Below, one piece after another: positions 1 to 10,200 of a DNA stretch of 30,921 nucleotides. How positions within the stretch are numbered: the stretch's first letter is position 1; the number at the start of each line of letters is the position of its first letter. The notes under the pieces were generated by a model. The model made no database searches and was not told where the DNA came from. It was given only the letters and a program-made list of their open reading frames with translations. The translations under genes and the position numbers were made by a program. This stretch comes from a virus (lineage: Duplodnaviria > Caudoviricetes). The DNA is taken from positions 1 to 30,921 of the IMG/VR virus record IMGVR_UViG_3300032093_000572. One strand, 5' to 3'.

Positions 1-112
1 CTCCCGTGGTTCCGCCTACGCCTCCCGTGGTTCCGCCTACGCCTCCCGTGGTTCCGCCTACGCCTCCCGTGGTTCCGCCTACGCCTCCCGTGGTTCCGCC
101 TACGCCTCCCGT
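1..112 (+). repeat. 21-bp perfect tandem repeat CCTCCCGTGGTTCCGCCTACG (encodes PPVVPPT), at least 5 copies, runs off the window edge
   Basis: Copies at 1-20 (partial), 21-41, 42-62, 63-83 and 84-104, plus a partial copy at 105-112. Confidence 0.95.
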
Positions 113-995
113 TGGTCCGGTTGGTCCAATTACTATTTCACCGTACCCAGTAGGTCCAGTAGGTCCAGTAGGTCCGGTTGGTCCGGTTGGTCCTATTGGT
201 ACTGGCCCCGTTGGTCCAGTAGGTCCGGGCGGTCCGGGCGGCGGGGGAAGTGGTGGTGGGAATGGTGGCGGGGACGGCACGGGTGATGGCACGGGGAATG
301 GGCCGGGGACCGGAGGTACGGTGCCGGATATTAAAATCCCGGCTGTCAGTGCGCCAAGACCTTCTGGAACCGCTGGTAAAAGCCCTGCGTTTACGGACTC
401 AGAGGTTACATACTTAGGACTGTCTAAACCGGGGGAATATAAGCCGGTAACATATCAAGGGATTTCATCCGTCATGCCCTCTAAAAATATGCCGTTCCCA
501 TTGATGGGTGCCCAACAACCTGCGGCTTCTGCGCCAGTAGATAATTCATGGATTAATATGCTTAACCCACAAATGCCAACAGACCCCAACGCCGCTGGGT
601 TTTTTGATTTCGCAAATTTTGGGTTTGCTGCGGGCGGCGACATCAACTCCCAAGATCCTATGAACCCAATGGGCGGTGCGCCTGCGTCGCAATATGGCCT
701 CGCAGGATTGATGCGTGGGGGGCCTGCAACAAACAAACCAGTTGAAGGCTACCTTGACGGCCCCGGCGATGGGATGAGTGATTCAATCAAAGCCACCATC
801 GACGGGCAGCAACCCGCTCGGCTTGCAGATGGAGAGTTTGTTATCCCTGCGGATGTCGTAAGCCACCTTGGTAATGGTTCCAGCAAAGCTGGTGCTAAGG
901 TACTGTATGCTATGATGGATCGCATCCGCCATGCCCGCACAGGCAATCCTAAGCAGGGCAAAGAAATTAACCCCAAAAAATTCTTGCCCGTGTAA
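3..995 (+). CDS. 5'-truncated Pro/Gly-rich phage protein, putative internal virion protein
   Basis: The frame is open from the window edge. It contains (PPVVPPT)n, GPV triplets and a Gly-rich linker. The C-terminal block GPGDGMSDSIKATIDGQQPARLADGEFVIPADVVS is a motif recurrent in phage structural-module proteins. Confidence 0.8.
   Translation, partial: PVVPPTPPVVPPTPPVVPPTPPVVPPTPPVVPPTPPVGPVGPITISPYPVGPVGPVGPVGPVGPIGTGPVGPVGPGGPGGGGSGGGNGGGDGTGDGTGNGPGTGGTVPDIKIPAVSAPRPSGTAGKSPAFTDSEVTYLGLSKPGEYKPVTYQGISSVMPSKNMPFPLMGAQQPAASAPVDNSWINMLNPQMPTDPNAAGFFDFANFGFAAGGDINSQDPMNPMGGAPASQYGLAGLMRGGPATNKPVEGYLDGPGDGMSDSIKATIDGQQPARLADGEFVIPADVVSHLGNGSSKAGAKVLYAMMDRIRHARTGNPKQGKEINPKKFLPV
111..240 (+). 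repeat. 9-bp degenerate repeat (GTW GGT CCR) encoding Gly-Pro-Val collagen-like triplets
   Basis: VGPVGP runs are visible in both the DNA and the translation. Confidence 0.85.
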
Positions 996-1014
996 CGGCG
1001 ATTAGGAGAATACG

Positions 1015-2127
1015 ATGCCGACTGCAAATCCAGTTGTTACCCCCACCCCACCTGCGGCTCCCCCTGCGGGGAAAGAAGCGGGGTTTTTTAACTCGGGGAT
1101 AAGTGGTAGCCCCACAAGTGCAAGAGTAGTTTCTAGTACGAAAACTACTTCTAATACGTTTGATCCTAACTATCAAACAAGTCTTGATTCGGCAAGGTCG
1201 GCGATAGACACCGCGTTTAGTAAACCGTGGGAAAAACTTGCTAACCCGTCGCAATACTTTGCGCCGACTACCGCCGCGCAAACAAAGTATTTTACTGACA
1301 CTAAAAACCTCACAGGTCCAGCGCAATACGACCAGTCTGGGAACCTCTACACGGGGGTGGGGGGTAGCACGTTCGATCAGGCGCAAGCCCAACAGTACAT
1401 GTCCCCGTACCAAGATGCTGTTACTCAGGCCACGATGGCTGAGATGCAGCGGCAACAAGATCGAGAATTAGCGCAGCTTGGGCTAAGAAGCGTAATGGGC
1501 GCGGGGTTAGGCTCCAGTGGGTTTTCTCTTGCACAAGCGTTGTCTAACCAAAATTATGGGCAAAACGCTGCTGCCATGTACGCTAAGTTGCAGCAGGCTG
1601 CGTATGAAAACGCGCAGAAGCAATACAACGACGAGCAGAATCGGCGAATCCAAGCCGCTCAAGGGTTAGCTACGCTTGGGACTAACGTGAGTGCTTCCGA
1701 TCTTGCTCGACTTGCAGCACAAGGGACCGCAGCAACCCAAGAGTACAACCTCGCCCAAAGGCTGAATGATCTTAGGTACAAAGAAGATAACGATTACCGG
1801 GAAGCCGCGATGAAGATGGCAGTTAATCGGGCTAATGCTATTGGTGCGATGCCGCATACTACGACCGAAACTTCCACGATCCCTAATGAAACAACTTCGA
1901 TTTACGGGATAGACCCATCCGTTATGCAAACCCTTATTGGTGGTGCGGGGGGTATCCTTGATCTAATTGGTAAGGGTGGGGATGTCGCTGCTGGGCTTAA
2001 AGGACTTAGAGACGGTTGGAATACTTTTACCGACTGGTTTGGCGGAAGTAATAGTGGTGGCGGTGGTTCTTCATACGTTCCTACCGTTGGCGGTCCAACC
2101 ACAACCTTGGATGATATTCAGCCATGA
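1015..2127 (+). CDS. Putative internal virion / DNA pilot (ejection) protein, 370 aa
   Basis: SD AGGAG upstream. Gln/Ala-rich helical protein with a YMSPYQ..V motif and Gly-rich hydrophobic segments. It lies before the giant virion protein. Confidence 0.7.
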   Translation: MPTANPVVTPTPPAAPPAGKEAGFFNSGISGSPTSARVVSSTKTTSNTFDPNYQTSLDSARSAIDTAFSKPWEKLANPSQYFAPTTAAQTKYFTDTKNLTGPAQYDQSGNLYTGVGGSTFDQAQAQQYMSPYQDAVTQATMAEMQRQQDRELAQLGLRSVMGAGLGSSGFSLAQALSNQNYGQNAAAMYAKLQQAAYENAQKQYNDEQNRRIQAAQGLATLGTNVSASDLARLAAQGTAATQEYNLAQRLNDLRYKEDNDYREAAMKMAVNRANAIGAMPHTTTETSTIPNETTSIYGIDPSVMQTLIGGAGGILDLIGKGGDVAAGLKGLRDGWNTFTDWFGGSNSGGGGSSYVPTVGGPTTTLDDIQP

Positions 2128-4196
2128 GCATACTTTCACCTGACACCATGCAATTTCAGTCGCTGGTTAAAAAACTCAGCGATGGGGCTTTGTCTCAAGC
2201 GTTGCAGATGCACGCCGATCCGTCCGATCCAAAAGGCTTTTGGCTTGCCCAAGAAGCTATGGGCCGCGCTGCTGCACGCAAAGATGCTCAGACGGGGAAT
2301 GCTAACCAACCAACGGTTGCCCAGCAGTTAGCCCAACAGATGAACCCGCAGCAGCCTCCTATGCCGCCCCAAGGTATGCCGCCGATGCCGCCTCAAGGTA
2401 TGCCGCCGATGCCCCCACAAGGTATGCCGCCTCAAGCACCGCCGGTTGCTATGGCTCAGGCAGGTGGGCATGTCCACGACTACGGTATCGCTGGCCTCCC
2501 TTACGAACCGCACTACGAGCACGGTGGGATTGTGTCGTTCGCCAAAGGCGGGGACGAAGGGTTATACGAAGGGCAAAGTTTTGAAGGGTACGACCCGGAT
2601 GATGTAAGCCAAATGCTTGCGGAATTAGACACAAAAGGAAAAAGCAAAGAAAACCAACAGCAGTTAGAGGCGGATAGAGACGCAGCAGTTATCGAATCGA
2701 TAATAAAAGCGGGGGCGTCAGGGCCGGTATTAGCTGGGGCTGGGTTAGCGGATTTAACAGCAGTTCCGTTTCGCCTTGCCGGATCTCTTGCGTGGGAACG
2801 TGGGGAAAACGGTGAACTTAAGCGGGGGTTTGATGATCCTAATTTCAAATTATTCCCAACATTAGAAAAAGCAAATAACTGGTGGCAAGCCCCTTCTGGG
2901 GATGATTTCGTTAGCACCCGCTATGACCCCAATTCAGACAACGCCCCGTTACCTAAAGAACAATATAAGCCAACTACCTCTAATGTGTTTTCCGCCCTCA
3001 ACCCAAAAGCGGCGGAGCCCGTTAAACCTTTTGAAGCTGCCCCTACTCCGCGTCGAGCTTCACCCACTGATCTCTATAATCCATCTATCCCAACTATCGC
3101 AGCGGAAGAACCCGCCGCTCCAATGCCGCCCAATATCCGGGAAGTTACCCCGACTGGGTTAGCGTCAGGGGCGGATAGATTTTTGATGCGCGGTGCGGGC
3201 CTCCCTGCCGCCGCATCGGCTGTTTCGGGTGGTAAGAGTTACGATATTTCTGACACTGCAAAACCCGCAGAACGTACTCCACAAGACGATATAAAAGACG
3301 CGGAACAATTAAAACGCCTCAACGAATTGTATGGGTACAATCCAGACCTAAAACAAAAACTCATTGAGGAGAACTCTGCGGCGTTGGCGGGGCTTAGTAA
3401 GAAAAGAGGGAAAGCCGCGCTTTCTGATTTGGCCGCTGCTATGGTTGCGTTTGGGCAGGGTACGGCGAAACAAGGACTCATGTCGTTTGGGCAAACTCTT
3501 AATGAAAGGTTTCGTCAAAGCGATAAAGAAATTGATGCCGAAGAAGCCGCGTATAAGAAACGTGATTCCGAATTACGCGAAGGTATGAATGATCTTAGAA
3601 AAAATAACGTAGAAAAAGGCATGGCTAAAATAGAAAAAGCCAACGCAGATTTCACAGCTTGGAAAGCTAACCAAGAAAAAGGCGAAACTGAACGCAATAA
3701 AACAGCGTTTGAAAAACAACAAGACGCACAGCAAAAAGCACTTGATCGTGAAGCAGACCTTAGAAAAGCCTATGCAGAAATTGCAAGTGCTGAATACCGC
3801 ACCCGGTATGCTTCCAATGCTACTGCTGGGGATAAAACCGACCCATTGTTAACAACGATGTTAAAAATTATCGAAAATCAGGGGGTTTCTCCCAATACCC
3901 TTATGCAGGAAGCGGGGGAAATAGACGCGAGTATTGATGACTCAGTGGTAGAAGCCGAGGTGGACCGCAGGACCGGCAAAACTCATGATTGGAGAAACGT
4001 AAAACCCGATTCTGAAGCTGCTAAACTGAAATCAGACATTCGGAAAGAAATGGTAAGTTCTATACTTTCCAATCGCGCCGCAGAGGCCGGTCAACTATCG
4101 GCAAAAGGCCCGGCTGCGGGACTACGGGCTTTGATGTCAGGCCAACCAACCAGCGGTACGTGGGGTCCTGATTTCTATTCCGTTCTCCCCCGTTAA
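2124..4196 (+). CDS. Putative internal virion/ejection protein, 690 aa
   Basis: ATGA overlap with the previous gene. Contains PPQGM repeats, GGIVSFAKGG-type motifs and a coiled-coil-like C-terminal half. Confidence 0.7.
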   Translation: MSILSPDTMQFQSLVKKLSDGALSQALQMHADPSDPKGFWLAQEAMGRAAARKDAQTGNANQPTVAQQLAQQMNPQQPPMPPQGMPPMPPQGMPPMPPQGMPPQAPPVAMAQAGGHVHDYGIAGLPYEPHYEHGGIVSFAKGGDEGLYEGQSFEGYDPDDVSQMLAELDTKGKSKENQQQLEADRDAAVIESIIKAGASGPVLAGAGLADLTAVPFRLAGSLAWERGENGELKRGFDDPNFKLFPTLEKANNWWQAPSGDDFVSTRYDPNSDNAPLPKEQYKPTTSNVFSALNPKAAEPVKPFEAAPTPRRASPTDLYNPSIPTIAAEEPAAPMPPNIREVTPTGLASGADRFLMRGAGLPAAASAVSGGKSYDISDTAKPAERTPQDDIKDAEQLKRLNELYGYNPDLKQKLIEENSAALAGLSKKRGKAALSDLAAAMVAFGQGTAKQGLMSFGQTLNERFRQSDKEIDAEEAAYKKRDSELREGMNDLRKNNVEKGMAKIEKANADFTAWKANQEKGETERNKTAFEKQQDAQQKALDREADLRKAYAEIASAEYRTRYASNATAGDKTDPLLTTMLKIIENQGVSPNTLMQEAGEIDASIDDSVVEAEVDRRTGKTHDWRNVKPDSEAAKLKSDIRKEMVSSILSNRAAEAGQLSAKGPAAGLRALMSGQPTSGTWGPDFYSVLPR
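2361..2435 (+). repeat. 24-bp imperfect tandem repeat encoding MPPQGMPP
   Basis: ATGCCGCCNCAAGGTATGCCGCCG, about 3 copies. Confidence 0.85.
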
Positions 4197-4219
4197 ACAA
4201 GATTTTGGAGTGTAGTTGA

Positions 4220-7200
4220 ATGCCTACTTTTTTGGTTAGTACCCCTACTGGGCGTCAATTTGAAGTAGATGGGGCTGATGAGAACGAAGCAATCAGCTCA
4301 CTCCAAAATTACTTAAGTGGGGAAGCTGCGCCGCAACGGCGCACTAGACTTACCCCCGAGATGATCGATGCGTACCAGCAATCGCTGGGCGCACCCGCGC
4401 TTAACCAAAGTTCTATTTCTGACGAAGACTTAAAAAGTAAGTTAGCCGAGTACGAACACAAGCCGGGGTTCTTGGAAAGCCTTGGCAGTGGGGCGGAACG
4501 TAGTTTCTCTCAAGCCGCCGTACTCAAAGACCAGCTACTCTCCTTGGGCGCGAAGGGTCTCGGTTACGACGACTACGCCAAGCAAAAGCTGGACGAGGCT
4601 GCTGCTAAACAAGAAGAAATCCAGCAGACCAACCCCGCGCAGTTTGAGTCTTATAAAGACGTTAACTGGAGCAATTTGCCCGCTTACGCTGGAGAAAGCA
4701 TCGGCGAGCAAGCATTCAACGCGCTCACAATGTTGGGGTTTGGCGGGGTAGGCGGCGCTATCGGGAAGCGCGTTGTCACTTCAGCGGCGGAAAAAGCTGT
4801 GGCCGAGATGGCTGCACAGCGTGCGGCGGCAGGAGCGGCGGAAGCCGCAGTCCCTGCGGTAGAGCGACTCGTTGCCCGTGAAGCGGCCAAGGGTGCGGGG
4901 GTGGGCGGTAATATCGGGATGTACCTTGGGTCTTTTGGACTTAACGCCGGGGATACTTACCAAGGCATCTACGACAAGACGGGGGAAATGGCCCCCGGTG
5001 CGTCAGTAATCGGCGCTTCGATCAACGGCTTCCTCGACTCCATCGTCCCGGCGCGGTTCGTCAAAGCCCTGCGTGAGACCCCAACGCTCCGTGCAGAAGT
5101 TGCCGCTCGCATCGCTGCGGGCAAAGGCGTTGCAGAGGGTCTGCTCCCTGCGGTGAAAGCCGGGGCAATGGGTGCGCTCAAGGGCGGCGCGTTAGAACCT
5201 ATCACGGAAGTGGGGCAGGAAATTGTCAATAAGCTCGCCGAGGACATTGTCGGCGAGTCGCAAGAGAAGTGGGGTTCCGAAGACTTCGACCGCTTTATCA
5301 ACTCGGCTGCTAAATCCATCGCCCCCGGTATGCTCTTTGGTTTTGGCGAAGGGGTAGGGAAGCAGTCAAACAGACGCGCCATTGCAGATCGACTAGAGCA
5401 GCAACAACAGGCTCGGCAGTTCGACGCCGACCAGCTTGCCTCCGAGGAAGAACGCAAGCAGCAGTTGTACGAGGGGATCCCAGAGCTTGAGCAACAGGTC
5501 CAGATGCTGACTGAGGCGCTCAACCTACCAGAGAACCGCGCCCGTGCGGGGGAACTCAACTTCAACTTGCGGGAAACCCAGCAGCAACTGAACGACCTGT
5601 CGCAAGAACTTACCATCCTTGAGATGCCCCGCAATCAGCGGGCGCAGTTCTACGCTCAACAGCAGCAAGAAGAAGAAATCGCCCCGGAAGAGGAGGAAGC
5701 GCCGCCGACTGCGCCTGCGCCCGTTACGGCTAGAAGCGTGCTTGAGCCGCTGGGTGTTTCTGCGGAAGATATTAAGGGGCTGAACGTAAACCCCAACGCT
5801 CCGCTCCGTGGGAACGCCGCGCAACGAGTCGCAGACTTTATCGACCAGTGGCGGGTGAATCCCAATCTATCTCTTGAGCAAGCCCAAGCGGCGGATGCGG
5901 CACTTGCAGAACTCCCGGAACTCCAGTCGGACGCCATCAGCGTAGGTCAAAGGGAAGACCGGGAAGCACACCTTGCTGCGGCTCCCGACCTTGTGCCTAA
6001 AAAGATGGAGAACTGGTACAAAGCCGCGCAACAGCACGGGTTAACGCCCGAATCCCCAGACGCATGGCAGCAACTGTCTGATGCCCGCTATGCCGCTAGG
6101 AGCCCCTCAGTCCGTGCGGCGTTGACCGAGAAACTGAAGGCCGACTTCCCGGAACAGGAACAAGGGGAGGCCGACCGCGTTGCCGCGTTGACCGAACAGC
6201 AGCGGATGGCGGAGGAGCAAGCTAGAGCCGAGGCGGTGTTCAAGAAGGCGCAGGATGCGACGTACCGCAAACAGGTTAAGGACACCATCGCTAACTTCTT
6301 GGCAATAGCTAAGGAGCAACAGCGGAAACTGGAGGCGGCGCGGAAGCAAGCGGCGCAAGAAGGTAAGCTTAAGGCCGAGCAGGACGCGCAAGCGGGGACG
6401 CTGATCTCGGAGTTAGACAGGCACCTCAACTCCGACCTACCGGCGCTCACGCAGGCTCAGTTGGACGCCCCGGACAGCACCGCCGCTGCGGTCGCTTTGC
6501 GGCAGATGCGAGACACCATCGCCAAGAAACAGGAGGCGCTGAACAACTTAGCGCCCGTTGGGACCCGCCCGACCCCCCGCCCCGCGACTATTGCGCCGCC
6601 CAACATCACCGCTATGCAGACGGTCAGCGATGTGCTGCGTCATGCTGGGTTCCCCGGCGCGGCCAAGCCTAACGGGATGCAGCCCAACGCACCGCTCCGT
6701 GGTGCCACGGCGGAGAAGTTAGCTAACTTCCTACAGCGTATTAAGCCCGAGTCGGTTAAGGATGTCGCTCAAGGTGAGCGCATTGACGCGCTCAAAGAAC
6801 ACCCAGCGTTCGCCTTGGAGGAGATTGAGCGGACCAAAGCGGAAGATCACCAAGCGCATATTGAGTCGGCAGCGGGGCTTAGAAGAAGCCGGGAAGCGTT
6901 CCAAGCATGGCAGACGCAACTGCGAGGCGACTACAAGTTAGGGACCGATGCGGAAAAAGACCAAGCGGTCTACCGGGACCTGCGTACCGCACAGGGGGTC
7001 GCCCAAGACCATACGAAGAACCAGATTGAGAAATACATCTACAGCAGCCCCCCGCTGAAAAAGATTGCTGCGGAAGAGCAACAATCTGCGGGTCCGTTGG
7101 CGGAAGTCCGTGAGTCCCGTGCGGAGTCAAGGTCGGGAGCGGGGGCATTTTCAGAAGATGCGTTTCGTAAGGCAATGGGGGACGCGGTTAATTGGTCGGG

Positions 7201-10200
7201 GGATTACAAAACGCCCGGATATAAAAGCAAAGACAAATTAATTGAAATGCCAATTGCTGATTTTTTAACAATAGCGGACGATGGTTTTCAGCAAAAAAAC
7301 TATGATGATGTTTTAGCTCTTTTTAGAAAAGGAATTAAATTTAATGCTATACCACAATTATCACTTTTTCGTGACAAAGATGGTAATATTAGAGGACAAG
7401 GGCATGAAGGAAGACACCGCGCTCGTGTTTTGAGAGATAACGGATACGATACGATTCCCGTCAAATTATTAACGGATATTCGTTGGTCTGAACAATCAGA
7501 CCCTAAAAGTTTTGATTATTTGAAGAAGTGGCCGTCTAAAATCATATCTCAAGACGGCACCAAATCTATCCCTATGCTTGTTCCTCGCGAGCAGTCCATG
7601 ACTCCGTGGAGTCCTTCAACGAAAATCCGTGAGTCCCGTGCGGGGAAAGTAACAAAAAATCGCACGCCGGAACTTCAAGCTGCTGCCGAAAAATTAAAGG
7701 CGGGGGAAATCACCCGTGAGGATTACGCCCGACTTGTGAATAAATACAAGCCGGTAGTGCCGTATGAGCAAGTTCCGGCTCCAGCGTCCAACGCCGATAT
7801 GGAACAAGCGTTAGACAAACCCAAAGTTCCAAAAATTAATGCCCCGCGTGGTATGGCTAATGGAACGCCGGTTAAACTCCGATTAGATATTCCTGCGTAT
7901 GATAAACACAACACATGGATAGTAACTGTCCATGAAGGGAATAAACCGGGGTTCAAAGCAGAAGCGGTTATTGGATACACCAGCACTGCGGCAGCTACTG
8001 ATGTTACGTTTGGGTTAGAAACGGCGCAGGCTGGGTTAAATATCGCTGGGGGTAAACCGAAAGGCACTATTGCGACCATGAAGGGTAAGTGGCGCGACAT
8101 GACTCCCGAGAAAGCAAAAGCTCGCGCTGATGCTGCCATGAAAGACCCAGCTTGGCGTCAGATTGGTATGGATCCAGAACGTCATGGGTACTTCTATGAC
8201 CGCGAAACAATGCAGCCGATTACCCGCGCTGATGAAGTAATCCAGATTGGTCCGTTGGTTCTTGGGAAAAACGTCACCTACGGCAAACCGGACAATTTCC
8301 TATACTCCCGCGCTGCCGAAGGCTCCTCCACCAAGCCGACACCGGAGCAGGTGCGTAAGGTTATCGAAGACCGGATGGGGGCCAGTGCGGCTAATGTCAC
8401 CATCGCCCGCACGCCGAAAGAAGCTGGGGTAGATAACGTCAAGGGCATCCACCCGCTGACCAAGGGCGCGATCATCAACGGCAAGGCGTACCTGTTCACC
8501 GACAACATGCGTGTCGGTAAGGAATTTGGCGTGTTCCTGCATGAGGTCGGCGACCACCTCGGGATGAAGAAGCTAGTCGGCGAAGGGAACTACAACTTCC
8601 TTGTCTCGCAAGTTCAGAAGTGGGCCGACAAGAACGACGGATCGCTGGAGTCCAAGATTGCCCGTGCGGCTATGGAGCGCATCCCGCAGGGGACCAAGAA
8701 AGAAAGCGAATTGCTCGCCTACTTCATCGAAGAGGCGGTGGACAACTACGGGGTAAACCCGTCTGAGGTCCGAGACACTGCAACTCCGCTGGGGGCGTTC
8801 TTCCGCAAGATCATGGCGGGCATCAAGAACATCCTCAACAAGTTGGGGCTGTCACCGAAAGATCTTACGTCGCAAGACATTATCGACCTTGCGTATGGCG
8901 CGGCGCAGTTGGAGTTGTCGGGGCAAGTTAAGGGTAAGGGCACCTCGCTCTCCCTATCAAGCGATAAGAACATCAGCCCGTTGGGGTTCTACAGCGCGTT
9001 GGAATACAACCTCTCACGCCTGCCGACCAAGTCGGCCACGGCGGCTGGCTGGAAGGACGCGATCAAGGGCCTGCTCAACAAGGGGCTAGTCAAAGCCGAA
9101 GAGGTCGAGTGGTCTGGCATCAACGACTGGCTCGATCTCACGGAAGGCAAGATCACCCGTGAGCAAGTGCAGGACTACCTAGCCCAAGGCGGCGTGCAGG
9201 TAGAAGAGACGGTACTGGGTAGAGCAAAAAAGAAAGATGATAAACCGTTAACTTGGGGAGAATGGTCGGAACCTGACGAAAATGGGCATAAAGAAATGAA
9301 AGCCTCTTCGGGGTCAAAAATTATTTACAAACCAAAAAATTCAAACAGCGGACCGGGGACGCCGCTAAGAGACGACTATGTAGTTATAGACTCGAATGGT
9401 CGGCATCAAGGTACAGTAAATGATCTAGAACACGCTAAACAAATTACTTCAGCGTTTGAATCTAGCGCAGGGATGGGTGTAACTCCTACTAGATATAACC
9501 GTAATAATCTCGTTCTCCCCAACGGTAAAAATTACCGAGAAGTATTGTTGACATTACCAAGTAAAAAAGTAAAAGGACGCAACTACGGACATTGGGAACA
9601 AAGTAATGTTTTAGCCCATACCCGCCTTAATGACCGCGTCGATACAGACGGTAAGCGCGTGTTGTTTGTCGAAGAAGTTCAATCGGATTGGGGGCAAAAA
9701 GGTAAAAAAGAAGGTTTTGTTGTTTCACTTCCGCCGCTTAAAGAACTACCAAATGATGTAGTAGTTACAAAAAAATACAATGCTACAATAGACGAAGTTG
9801 AATATATTAAAGCCGAATTTACACGAATTAATAGAATAATAACAAATTTATTTGATGCTGCGGATTTTAATCCCGAAAAACGTAAAAAATATAACGCTAT
9901 TGTAGACGGAGAAAAAGGCGATAGATTCCTTGATCTTTCGCATAAATTTACAGATTTTAATTCCTATAACAGGATCGACCGAGTTCTAAATACGGTTCCT
10001 CATTCTGAGTTTTTAGAATGGCGTGAATTAATTAGAGAAATAGTTCCTACTGCGTTTGAAACAGACCCTTATGAATCGAGACAGATATGGGTTGCAATCC
10101 AAAGTAATGCACGAATTGGTACAGGCGAAACTAAAGAAGAAGCTAAAAAAGAGGCGCTTGACGTAATTAATGAAAATAGGAAATTTCCTGATGGGATTGC

